This document shows, piece by piece, positions 1-8,088 of a DNA stretch of 64,000 nucleotides (within the stretch, counting starts at the first letter, position 1; each line of letters begins with the position of its first letter). Made by a program: the position numbers and the translations under genes. The notes under the pieces were generated by a model. It did no database searches, was not told where the DNA came from, and worked only from the letters and a program-made list of their open reading frames with translations. The stretch spans positions 31,268-95,267 of the forward strand of contig JAYQIV010000005.1 in the NCBI GenBank assembly GCA_038141825.1, in the 5' to 3' direction. The stretch comes from Cryomorphaceae bacterium. Its GTDB lineage: Bacteria; Bacteroidota; Bacteroidia; Flavobacteriales; Schleiferiaceae.

Positions 1-249
1 ACAACGTATATAACCCATATCCGGGCGCATCGTCCTTTTGGTTATCTTGAAGGAAACCAAAACGACCTCTGCTGATACGAGGTTATATACAATACTTGGC
101 AACAATTTGAAAAAACGATTGGACTCAAAACGAAAAATAGCATTAGCAGTAATAGTCGGAGCAATTTTTATGGCTTTGGATATTACCTATTCGACAAATG
201 ACCAAAGTCAACTCGAAAAACTAAATGAACGATATTTTGAGTCGTTTAG

Positions 250-281
250 GACTCATAATCAGGTGGTCGCAGGTTCGAGCC
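250..281 (+). other. tRNA-Met-like internal fragment (anticodon loop through T-loop), not a functional tRNA; possible att-site scar
   Basis: The spacing is canonical: CTCATAA loop (252-258, CAT anticodon), 5-nt stem half TCAGG, 5-nt variable TGGTC, T-stem half GCAGG, T-loop TTCGAGC (274-280). The 3' T-stem (CGGGC instead of CCTGC), the 5' anticodon stem, the D-arm and the acceptor stem are absent. Confidence 0.4.
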
Positions 282-309
282 GGGCACGTATTACGTGCCC
301 CTTTATTTG
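282..309 (+). terminator. Rho-independent-terminator-like hairpin
   Basis: Perfect 9-bp stem GGGCACGTA / TACGTGCCC (282-300) with a 1-nt loop, followed by CTTTATTT. Confidence 0.45.
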
Positions 310-322
310 AATATTAATATAT

Positions 323-1120
323 ATGTATAGAAAATGTTTCGTTGTGCTTTTATTAAATTTCCTGTTCGCAAATCACCTTGTGTCTCAGGTAAGTACAAAT
401 GAAATTAAACTGAAAAACAGACTTTTCTTTTATTCCGGTGCTTCGGCTCAATATTATCCTAGACTCAAACCTATAAAGGTTGAGGACCCTGGTCTTTTTG
501 TTACTACACCAATACTCGGTTATGGCTTTGATGTTTTCGGATTGAGTTATGAGTTTTTGAATGGAAAACTCGTCTTTGGATGCCAAGCAGGAATGGATAC
601 TCAAGAGTTTTTCGGCGACGTCGGATATTTCGATCCATATAATGAAGGATTTTCTTGGTTGAGGTATAGGCTCGGTGCTTTTGGAGACGGCATGAGAGGT
701 GTTGTTAATAGCGATATATCTTGGCGCTTTAATTTGAATAGGAAATCCACTCTAAACCTTGGACTTTTTGGAGGAGTAGATGGTTTTCGTAACGGAGGGG
801 GAAGCTATCGTCAAGGCTATAGTTCTTCTCAAGATCCGTTACACTACTATATTGAAGCCATTTATGATGACGAAGATGAAAATGAATACACTTGGGGTTT
901 TCAATTTGGATTTTCAAGAAATAACTGGGACATGGTACTCCGTCATGAATTTATTAAGTCAGAAATACAATATAGGACATATACCATTCCAGAACGCACC
1001 TCAAATCCTTGGAATGATCTTTACGAAAAAAGACAATATTATTTCTCTCTTAACGTCAGATATTACTTTAAGCGAAAAAGAAATAGTCTATTATTTCAAA
1101 ATCAGGTTCTATCGCATTAA
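323..1120 (+). CDS. Hypothetical secreted protein, possibly an outer-membrane beta-barrel
   Basis: 265-aa ORF with an N-terminal hydrophobic signal-like segment (MYRKCFVVLLLNFLFANHLVSQ). It is Gly/Tyr/Phe-rich with alternating patterns and has a VRYYF motif near the C-terminus. No family was recognised. Confidence 0.5.
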   Translation: MYRKCFVVLLLNFLFANHLVSQVSTNEIKLKNRLFFYSGASAQYYPRLKPIKVEDPGLFVTTPILGYGFDVFGLSYEFLNGKLVFGCQAGMDTQEFFGDVGYFDPYNEGFSWLRYRLGAFGDGMRGVVNSDISWRFNLNRKSTLNLGLFGGVDGFRNGGGSYRQGYSSSQDPLHYYIEAIYDDEDENEYTWGFQFGFSRNNWDMVLRHEFIKSEIQYRTYTIPERTSNPWNDLYEKRQYYFSLNVRYYFKRKRNSLLFQNQVLSH

Positions 1121-1131
1121 CTGGTAAATGG

Positions 1132-1464
1132 ATGGTACAAGAACACGTTCATTTTCACAAATATCCCTGGAAAGCGGTGTCCGGCGCTAGACTTAATTCA
1201 TTTAAAGAAAGAAAGAATGGAAAATGGAAAAGAGCTAGAATTACGATGGGAATTAGTAGTCAAAATAATTTTGTAGATAAAGATGATTGTCAGACCTTAA
1301 CGAAGCAATTTTGGATGTATACAAAAGTAAAAAAACGCTCTAGCTTTACCAGATATGGCGCAACCTACGGCTCATTTGAGCCACATCGAGCTAGAAAGAA
1401 TTACTCTGTGCTTGGGCAGTTTAGTTTCCACGGTCTCTACAGAACCCTTGCATTAACATGGTAA
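1132..1464 (+). CDS. Hypothetical small basic protein
   Basis: 110-aa ORF that starts 11 nt after the upstream stop and overlaps the next ORF by 7 nt (ATGGTAA). It has no signal peptide and no recognised family. Confidence 0.3.
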   Translation: MVQEHVHFHKYPWKAVSGARLNSFKERKNGKWKRARITMGISSQNNFVDKDDCQTLTKQFWMYTKVKKRSSFTRYGATYGSFEPHRARKNYSVLGQFSFHGLYRTLALTW

Positions 1465-2177
1465 GACAAAAAAAAATCCTCTTTGTTTTATGCACGCACA
1501 GCTTAATACCAATAGTAATGCATGCACAATCGTTTATGACCTTAGGGCTTGGTGGGCGATCAATAGTGTTCCCTGAAACTATATATAATCAAAATGACGT
1601 AATCCTAAAGGAAACACCCTATTTTTCACCTGAAGGAATGCTTGATTTTTACTTCGAAAATAAGATTATCTATCACCATCTGATTCTTCGAGGAGGCTAC
1701 AACCAACTTGCAAGAAATTCTGTTTCTATTCCCGAACATGAAACCCCTGGTGGAGCTATAAGAGAATGGCCTTATTACGGTAAAGACCGTCCTGCGCAAT
1801 CACCCTATGCACGATTTGGCTATAGTTACGGCAAGATTCTAGACTCATTTAAATTAGGAATAGGTATGGGAGCCAAAGTTTCAACAAATTCTTGGAACGT
1901 AAATTTTAGAAACACTATGGGTTATCCTGATTGGTACGTTCAGATTGTTGATGTCCCCAATGGAGATACGTGGCAAATATTCACCCTAGTAGAATGTATC
2001 TATAATTTTAATTGGGCAGGAAAACCTTGGGTTTTAAATTCACAGTTGACTCCAAGTGTTTACAACAGGATGAAGCAACAAATCACTTTAAGTAATTTAG
2101 CTACAATTGATCCCATTAATATTGAAAGAAAGATTAATCAACCAATCCTACACATTTCAATTGGGATAAAGCTTTAG
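1458..2177 (+). CDS. Hypothetical secreted protein
   Basis: 239-aa ORF with a signal-like N-terminus (MVRQKKILFVLCTHSLIPIVMHAQS) and an aromatic/Gly-rich composition. Its start overlaps the stop of the preceding ORF. Confidence 0.5.
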   Translation: MVRQKKILFVLCTHSLIPIVMHAQSFMTLGLGGRSIVFPETIYNQNDVILKETPYFSPEGMLDFYFENKIIYHHLILRGGYNQLARNSVSIPEHETPGGAIREWPYYGKDRPAQSPYARFGYSYGKILDSFKLGIGMGAKVSTNSWNVNFRNTMGYPDWYVQIVDVPNGDTWQIFTLVECIYNFNWAGKPWVLNSQLTPSVYNRMKQQITLSNLATIDPINIERKINQPILHISIGIKL

Positions 2178-2270
2178 CACGTAATGATCTTGAGAATACT
2201 AACATTGACCCAGGCAAAGACGTAATCCATGAATAGGTCGCCCGATGTAATACTCTTTATTCATTCAGTT

Positions 2271-2672
2271 TTATAGAATGGAATCAGTAATCTCATAAAT
2301 GTATGTGTAGCTCATGATATTCCAGTCATAATATCCAGTAGGTGTTGAATCCAAGGGCATTGGAGCTAACCTAGATCTTACTGTATCCTCATTTTCTAAA
2401 GAATAAATTTTCAATTGATGCAAAGGGAATATTACTTCAGGCTCAATGTGTCCCTCAAAAAGGGGAAAGGAATATCCTCCGGTTTTCAAGCTTAAAATAG
2501 TGTCGTAGTAGGTATTCTGTTCAAATTGAGCATAGAATACAATATCTTTAGAGGATTTATTGCGTATTACAACTCCTTGATTTGTTGTTTCTACTTTGGT
2601 ACAAGATGTCATTGCTATTACTGAGCACAATAGAGCAACTATTGACATGAGTTTTAGAATTTTTCTTTTCAT
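2271..2672 (-). CDS. Hypothetical lipoprotein
   Basis: The internal Met gives MKRKILKLMSIVALLCSVIAMTSC, a lipobox-type signal. The ATG is at 2670-2672 on the reverse strand. Confidence 0.55.
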   Translation of the reverse strand: MKRKILKLMSIVALLCSVIAMTSCTKVETTNQGVVIRNKSSKDIVFYAQFEQNTYYDTILSLKTGGYSFPLFEGHIEPEVIFPLHQLKIYSLENEDTVRSRLAPMPLDSTPTGYYDWNIMSYTYIYEITDSIL

Positions 2673-2851
2673 GGTAATTAAAAACGATATGAGGCTACAA
2701 GATGAGAAATATATAGAGATTGAACTACAATTGAAATGGTGAATTTTCACCAGTTGATTCCGTTATGGTCATATGTTTTTTTTTGTATGGACAGCATTTG
2801 CATCAATTGTATAGCTCTGTTGCTTTATCTTGTACGGGCCGGAGGACTGAA

Positions 2852-3076
2852 TTAAGGCTCTCCAATCACAGCTACGATTTCTTTGACCATTTCTGGCGTA
2901 AGTAAGCGTGTCTTTTTGACATAACCCAGATTATAAAGCTTGTCCATTAAGGTCTTATTCCGGGTGATCCAAATGCGTAGTCGGTTAGAAGCACTCATGG
3001 GAGTAGCATCGGGAAGGTAGAGCTGGGCAAGCTCTCCGAATCCGTAGGTTTTAACTCTGAATTTATCTTCGTGCAT
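2852..3076 (-). CDS. DUF4248 domain-containing protein
   Basis: 74 aa with the typical pattern FRVKTYGFGELAQLY...ASNRLRIWI...LGYVKKTRLLTPEMVKEIVAVIGEP. It sits directly downstream of a Bacteroidota-type integrase. Confidence 0.8.
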   Translation of the reverse strand: MHEDKFRVKTYGFGELAQLYLPDATPMSASNRLRIWITRNKTLMDKLYNLGYVKKTRLLTPEMVKEIVAVIGEP

Positions 3077-3090
3077 AGTATTTTTTATTG

Positions 3091-3115
3091 CCCGCAGGTT
3101 ATACTCCTGCGGGCT
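3091..3115. other. Intergenic 9-bp perfect hairpin between the integrase stop and the DUF4248 start
   Basis: GCCCGCAGG (3091-3099), loop TTATACT, CCTGCGGGC (3107-3115). The flanks are A/T-rich but there is no clean U-tract on the minus strand. Confidence 0.35.
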
Positions 3116-3124
3116 TTGTAGTTC

Positions 3125-4201
3125 TTAACTCCAGTTCAAGACCATCTTTCCATCCAACTGTTCAGCCAAGACTTTCATGTCTTTGTTGACCTTGTTGTCC
3201 ACAATCCTTGCATAATGCTGTGTAGAGGTGATGTTTTTATGTCCAAGCATTTTACTCACCGTTTCAATAGGCACACCATTAAGCATAGTGACCGTTGTGG
3301 CGAACGTATGCCTAGCGATGTGGTAACTCAACTGCTTCGATATTTTTGCTAAATCCGCTATTTCTTTCAGATAACCGTTCATCTTCTGATTGCTCATAAT
3401 GGGGAGTACCGGATCTTCGGGCATCAGCTCCTCGAAATAGGGATTGTACTTCTGAATGATTTGCCAGGCCACATCAAGAATCGGAACGAAAACTACGCCA
3501 CCTGTTTTTTTTCTTCGGGTTTTAATCCACTTACCTGAATCGGTGATTTCAATTTCCTTTCTAGTGAACTTCTTTACATCGGCATATGACAGGCCGGTAA
3601 AGCAAGCGAACAAGAAGTAGTCTCTGACGCGTTCTAAGCGCTCAAAAGGCAGCTTAAGACTCATCATGCGATTCAATTCCTCTTCGTTTAAATATGGGCG
3701 GCTAACTTCCTTGAGAGATAGACCCTTATTAACGAACGGATCCCTGATGAGCCAGCCTCGCTTAATGCAATCTTTCGTGATCTTTTTGAGATTTTGAAGA
3801 AACTTGATTGCTGTATTATGGCTACAGCCCTTTTCAGTTTTCAAAAAATGTTCGAATCCTTCAATCATGCTGTGGTCAATCCGCTTGATGCTAACGTCAC
3901 TCACTCTGTAGGCTTTTTGCAAATAGGCCTGGAAGTGATTACGCGTCGTTCGATATTTCTGGAAATTAGCATATGTGGTTTCTTTACCAAGTAGGGATCT
4001 AAGACGTTCCACATAGTCATCAAATACAGTGATGATGGTTTTGGGCCTTGCTTCGTTAGTTCCCAGTATGGCATCTTTCAGCATTTGGGATGTTACCTCC
4101 GCATTCGTCGCCAACAGTTCATTGTACATTTTGTTGGCTCTTAACTTGATCGCTTCAAGATAGTTGTTGAACACTTCAGCTTCCTTAGTACGTCCTTTCA
4201 T
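3125..4201 (-). CDS. Site-specific tyrosine recombinase (Bacteroidota phage-integrase family), lacking the N-terminal arm-binding region
   Basis: 358 aa with a SAM-like core-binding region and a C-terminal catalytic region (...HIARHTFATTV...LGHKNITSTQHYARIV). The homology continues upstream in frame (NGDHVLPQKWDSKRTR) but is cut by a TGA. Confidence 0.85.
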   Translation of the reverse strand: MKGRTKEAEVFNNYLEAIKLRANKMYNELLATNAEVTSQMLKDAILGTNEARPKTIITVFDDYVERLRSLLGKETTYANFQKYRTTRNHFQAYLQKAYRVSDVSIKRIDHSMIEGFEHFLKTEKGCSHNTAIKFLQNLKKITKDCIKRGWLIRDPFVNKGLSLKEVSRPYLNEEELNRMMSLKLPFERLERVRDYFLFACFTGLSYADVKKFTRKEIEITDSGKWIKTRRKKTGGVVFVPILDVAWQIIQKYNPYFEELMPEDPVLPIMSNQKMNGYLKEIADLAKISKQLSYHIARHTFATTVTMLNGVPIETVSKMLGHKNITSTQHYARIVDNKVNKDMKVLAEQLDGKMVLNWS

Positions 4202-4392
4202 TCTCGTCCTTTTGGAATCCCACTTTTGAGGAAGAACGTGATCCCCGTTTCACCGGAAACCTATAACAATCTTTTAGTCAAATAGGGACATTGCACGGAT
4301 TTTTCCCACTAGTGGAACTTACAAACACTCTTCTCGAAAATTCCCCCGTGCAATTCCGAGTGTTTTGCGAGCATTTTTCCCACTCTCTTTGA
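4202..4392 (-). pseudogene. Decayed 5' (arm-type DNA-binding) portion of the integrase gene
   Basis: Minus-strand translation gives integrase-N-terminus-like pieces in different frames (SGKNARKTLGIARG..., SGKNPCNVPI*, VSGETGI, LPQKWDSK), interrupted by stops. A 12-nt direct repeat ATTTTTCCCACT occurs at 4299-4310 and 4373-4384. Confidence 0.45.
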
Positions 4393-4416
4393 AGTTACAA
4401 TTTAATTTTCAATTAT

Positions 4417-4809
4417 TCACGGATTGTCCACCCTAATGTCATAAACCACCACCTTTTTCCAAAGGTGTCCGTATTCCTTGATAAAGGCTTGGTGCAACGG
4501 ATGATTTTGATACACATCCTGATCCTCGGTACTTTCAAAATACATAGTCTCCGAGACGTCCCAATCGCTCACAACGACCTCACGCTTCATGGTGGAGGCC
4601 GGCTCCCCGGTGGCAAGCATCTGTACTTCACGAATACCACCTAGAGTTTCAAGGCCCTCCTTCAATGCCGCTTTATCTTCCATGGAATCAGGCTGTTCGA
4701 GCCAAAAGAAAACTTGATGAATGATCGTTCCAGAGGGTACTGTTGCCTCTTGAGCGAATCCGTTGTAGCCTGTGAATAGTAGGGCGAATAGAAAGATGTA
4801 TTTCTTCAT
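4417..4809 (-). CDS. Dabb (stress-responsive alpha/beta-barrel) family protein with signal peptide
   Basis: Begins MKKYIFLFALLFTGYNGFAQ, then a Dabb-like body (IHQVFFWL...HPLHQAFIKEYGHLWKKVVVYD). ATG at 4807-4809. Confidence 0.75.
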   Translation of the reverse strand: MKKYIFLFALLFTGYNGFAQEATVPSGTIIHQVFFWLEQPDSMEDKAALKEGLETLGGIREVQMLATGEPASTMKREVVVSDWDVSETMYFESTEDQDVYQNHPLHQAFIKEYGHLWKKVVVYDIRVDNP

Positions 4810-4893
4810 GGTATGAATTGTTAGCAGCTTAAAATGTACGAAGAATGTTCTACCCAAGCTTTGGTATCTTGCGCAACATAAAACGTAGCGCTT

Positions 4894-5769
4894 GTGCATC
4901 CACAGAATCCCTTCCAAAACAACTACAACTTCAATCAACTGGTGAATGCCGTTCCGGAGTTGGAAGCCTTTGTAGTTCCGGGGAAGTTTGCGAGAAAGAG
5001 CACTGACTTTAGCAATCCTGAGGCCGTTTATTTGCTAAATAAGGCGCTGTTGAAATGGCGTTTTAATGTGAATTGGTCCCTAAAAAAAGGACACCTCTGC
5101 CCTGCCGTTCCTGGCCGGTTCGATTACTTGTTACACGCTCGGGATCTATTGCCGAAAATTGAAGGTAGACGCGTGCGCATGCTCGATGTAGGTGCGGGTG
5201 CTTCATTGATTTATCCCCTGCTCGCAACCGCAGCTTTTAACTGGGAGTGTGTAGGTTCAGAAGTCGATAAAGAAGCCATTAGCTACGCCAAAGGACTGGT
5301 GCGTATGAATGCCAATATGATGGGTACGCGCATCCGAAGACAGGAGTTCAAGAGCCAATTGCTCCAAGGCATCATCGAGAAAAAGGAGACTTTTGACATA
5401 CTGGTCTGCAACCCGCCGTTCTACAAAACCAAAAGTGACGCCCTGGCGGCAAACACGCGCAAAAACAAGAATTTACACGGGAAAGAAGAGGCCAACCACA
5501 ACTTTGGTGGTAGCGCCAATGAGTTGTGGTACAAAGGCGGTGAAGAGGCCTTCTTAAAAAAATTGGCCCTAGAAAGTACCGAATACGGGCAGCAAATCCA
5601 ATGGTTTACTTGTTTAGTCTCGAAAAAAGACCACCTACGTACCTTCAAGAGATTCATCCGTAAAGGCAACCCCACCGAGATCAAAGTGGTGGAAATGGAA
5701 CAGGGCAATAAGGTGAGCCGATTTGTGGCATGGACCTTTCAAAATGAGCACGATGAGTCAGGCGAATAA
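4894..5769 (+). CDS. rlmF: 23S rRNA (adenine1618-N6)-methyltransferase
   Basis: RlmF/YbiN-like features are present: LCPAVPGRFDYLLHARDLL, the SAM motif LDVGAGASLIYPLL and the catalytic NPPF (LVCNPPFY). The start is GTG. Confidence 0.8.
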   Translation: MHPQNPFQNNYNFNQLVNAVPELEAFVVPGKFARKSTDFSNPEAVYLLNKALLKWRFNVNWSLKKGHLCPAVPGRFDYLLHARDLLPKIEGRRVRMLDVGAGASLIYPLLATAAFNWECVGSEVDKEAISYAKGLVRMNANMMGTRIRRQEFKSQLLQGIIEKKETFDILVCNPPFYKTKSDALAANTRKNKNLHGKEEANHNFGGSANELWYKGGEEAFLKKLALESTEYGQQIQWFTCLVSKKDHLRTFKRFIRKGNPTEIKVVEMEQGNKVSRFVAWTFQNEHDESGE

Positions 5770-5986
5770 TCCCCTTCATGGCGTTAAACTAGCCCACATG
5801 GTAGAAGCGCTGGTCGAGTATTGGGGTTGGGACCAATTAGCCCTTCGTATCCCGGTGCGATGCTTCATGTATGACCCTTCGGTAAAATCGACGCTGAAGT
5901 TCCTGAGAAAGACGCCATGGGCGCGTACAAAGGTGGAAGAGCTCTACCTCCATACCTTTCCTAACGGCGTTGAAGAAAAGCTGTAA
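5744..5986 (+). CDS. VF530/DUF2132 family putative DNA-binding protein
   Basis: NPLHGVKLAHMVEALVEYWGWDQLALRIPVRCFMYDPSVKSTLKFLRKTPWARTKVEELYL matches the DUF2132 pattern. The start was chosen at MSTMSQ. Confidence 0.7.
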   Translation: MSTMSQANNPLHGVKLAHMVEALVEYWGWDQLALRIPVRCFMYDPSVKSTLKFLRKTPWARTKVEELYLHTFPNGVEEKL

Positions 5987-6024
5987 TTCTGCCTTATCTT
6001 ACCGGTCTAATTACCCAGTAAAAC

Positions 6025-8034
6025 ATGAAAAGAGTATTGTTCATGGGAGCAATGGCAGCTATTGCCCTGAGCTCCTGCAACCCTCAAGAAGAAATGCACA
6101 CCGAAACAGATCACAGCGACTTTCAGTGGCAGGTAGACCGCTTTGCAGATATCAAAGTACTCCGCTACCAAATCCCATCGTGGGACGACCTCACTCCACA
6201 GCAACGCATCTATGCCTACCACCTCACTCAGGCCGGATTGGCAGGGCGCGATATTATGTGGGATTGTAATTACCGTCACAACCTAGAAATCCGTCGTGCA
6301 CTAGAAGCGATAATTTCTAGCGAAAGTGTAGACAAGGCATCTGCTGAATATGCAGATTTCGAAGTGTACGCCAAGCGCGTATTCTTTGCCAACGGTATTC
6401 ACCACCACTACAGCAACATGAAGTTTGCTGCTGACTTTGACCAAGATTGGTTCCTTCAAACCCTTTCTGGCCTTGGCATCGAGCTTTCTGAAGAAGCGCA
6501 GCGCGCCATCTTCGACCCAAGCTTTGATGCGAAAAAAGTAAACCGTGCGGACGGCGTAGACCTCCTACTCGCCTCTGCCGTAAACTTCTATGCACCAGAT
6601 ATCACTCAAGCAGAAGCTGAGGCGTTCTATGCCGCGAAAGAAGATGCTGATCCTGCACGCCCGGTCAGCCACGGTCTAAACAGCCGCCTCTCTCGCGACG
6701 AAAACGGTGAGATCTACGAGGAAGTATTCAGCGCCCGTGGACGTTATGCAAGTAGCATAAAAGAAATCATGGGCCACCTCGCGAAGGCTCAAGCAGTAGC
6801 AGAAAACGAGGACCAGGCTAAGGCACTTGGTCTGTTGATCGAATACTACGAAAGTGGCGATCTCACCAAATGGGACGATTACAACATTGCTTGGGTAAGT
6901 ACTACCGGCGGCGATGTAGATTACATCAACGGTTTTGTGGAAGTGTACAACGATCCTATGGGCTACAGAGGTTCTTACGAGACCGTAGTTCAGGTGAAAG
7001 ACTTTGATGCCAGCGCACGTATGGCCGTGGTCGCAGATAACGTTCAATGGTTTGAGGACAACAGCCCTATCATGGACGAGCACAAAAAGGAAAGCGTTGT
7101 CGGCGTTAGCTACAAGATTGTTACCGTAGCTGGTGAAGCTGGTGATGCCTCTCCTTCTACGCCTATTGGTGTAAACCTTCCAAATGCGAACTGGATTCGC
7201 GTAGAGCACGGATCTAAATCTGTATCACTTGGAAACATTGAAGATGCCTACCACGCAAGTGCCGGTAAGGGTATGGCCGAAGAATTTGGCTTCTCTACCA
7301 TGCACAACGAGCGTGCCGAGAAATACGGCGAACTAGGTTCTAAGATGCACACTGCCCTTCACGAAGTGGTGGGTCATGCATCAGGTAAAATCAACCCTGG
7401 AGTGGGTACACCAAAAGAAACTTTGAAGAACTACAGCTCAACGCTGGAAGAGGCTCGCGCCGACCTCGTGGCATTGTACTTCATCTTGGACGATAAGATG
7501 CAGGAAATTGGCTTGATGGAAAACAAAGAGCCTGGCTATGCAGAGTTTGACAACTACATCTCAAACGGTATGATGCTGCAATTGCGCCGCATTTTGCCTG
7601 GAGACGATATCGAAGAAGACCATATGCGCAACCGTCAGTTGGTCGCCTCATGGGCTTTTGAGCGCGGACAAGAAGAGAATGTCATCGAGCGTAAAGTCAT
7701 CGACGGCAAGACCTACTTCGTAGTAAATGATTACGACAAACTGCGCGGGTACTTTGGAGAATTGCTTCGTGAGATCCAACGCATTAAGAGCGAGGGTGAT
7801 TTTGAAGCCGGAAGAAATCTCGTAGAGACCTACGGAGTGAAGGTAGATGCGGAACTACATGCAGAAGTATTGCGTCGTTCTGAGCCTTTGAATCTTGCAC
7901 CGTATAGCGGTTTTGTAAACCCTGAAATGGAGCCTGTTATGGAAGGTGATAGCATCATTGATGTAAAGGTCACCTACCCTATGGACTTCCTGGGCCAAAT
8001 GTTGCGCTACGGCAGCACCTATAGCTTCGAATAA
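6025..8034 (+). CDS. Dipeptidyl-peptidase III (peptidase family M49), lipoprotein or secreted
   Basis: 669 aa with signal MKRVLFMGAMAAIALSSC. The M49 zinc motifs HEVVGH and EEARAD are present. Confidence 0.85.
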   Translation: MKRVLFMGAMAAIALSSCNPQEEMHTETDHSDFQWQVDRFADIKVLRYQIPSWDDLTPQQRIYAYHLTQAGLAGRDIMWDCNYRHNLEIRRALEAIISSESVDKASAEYADFEVYAKRVFFANGIHHHYSNMKFAADFDQDWFLQTLSGLGIELSEEAQRAIFDPSFDAKKVNRADGVDLLLASAVNFYAPDITQAEAEAFYAAKEDADPARPVSHGLNSRLSRDENGEIYEEVFSARGRYASSIKEIMGHLAKAQAVAENEDQAKALGLLIEYYESGDLTKWDDYNIAWVSTTGGDVDYINGFVEVYNDPMGYRGSYETVVQVKDFDASARMAVVADNVQWFEDNSPIMDEHKKESVVGVSYKIVTVAGEAGDASPSTPIGVNLPNANWIRVEHGSKSVSLGNIEDAYHASAGKGMAEEFGFSTMHNERAEKYGELGSKMHTALHEVVGHASGKINPGVGTPKETLKNYSSTLEEARADLVALYFILDDKMQEIGLMENKEPGYAEFDNYISNGMMLQLRRILPGDDIEEDHMRNRQLVASWAFERGQEENVIERKVIDGKTYFVVNDYDKLRGYFGELLREIQRIKSEGDFEAGRNLVETYGVKVDAELHAEVLRRSEPLNLAPYSGFVNPEMEPVMEGDSIIDVKVTYPMDFLGQMLRYGSTYSFE

Positions 8035-8057
8035 CACTCCTTTGAGTATTTGAATAA

Positions 8058-8088
8058 AGGGCGCCCCGGATGGGGCGCCCTTTTTTTT
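8058..8088 (+). terminator. Intrinsic terminator after the DPP III gene
   Basis: AGGGCGCCCC-GGAT-GGGGCGCCCT followed by T8. The T-tract overlaps the stop codon of the convergent transposase. Confidence 0.8.

Larger units (their letters stand above)
250..4400. mobile_element. Eroded integrase-associated genomic island remnant; boundaries approximate and the left end may lie outside the window
   Basis: The block is visibly AT-richer than the flanking genes from 4417 onward. It holds a tRNA-like fragment at one end, a tyrosine integrase plus DUF4248 at the other, and orphan secreted or lipoproteins in between. Confidence 0.4.

Noticed and set aside
38-310. 90-aa ORF at the left edge (TTG start)
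   Set aside because: It has no recognisable family and low-complexity, AT-driven composition. It also runs through the tRNA-like fragment and the terminator hairpin, so it is probably non-coding.
1-310. Possible tmRNA or complete tRNA, suggested by GGTTCGAGCC and an ..IALAV.. reading
   Set aside because: There is no acceptor stem, no CCA-proximal pairing, no D-arm and no tag reading frame ending in a stop. Only the internal 32-nt tRNA-like piece is supportable.
5970-6279. ORFs 5970-6269 (+) and 6007-6279 (-) overlapping the DPP III start
   Set aside because: They overlap a strongly supported gene in alternative frames, have Arg/Pro/Ser-rich out-of-frame composition, and match no family.
6676-7209. 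177-aa antisense ORF inside the DPP III gene
   Set aside because: It lies opposite a well-supported M49 peptidase and is a typical shadow ORF of a GC-balanced coding region.
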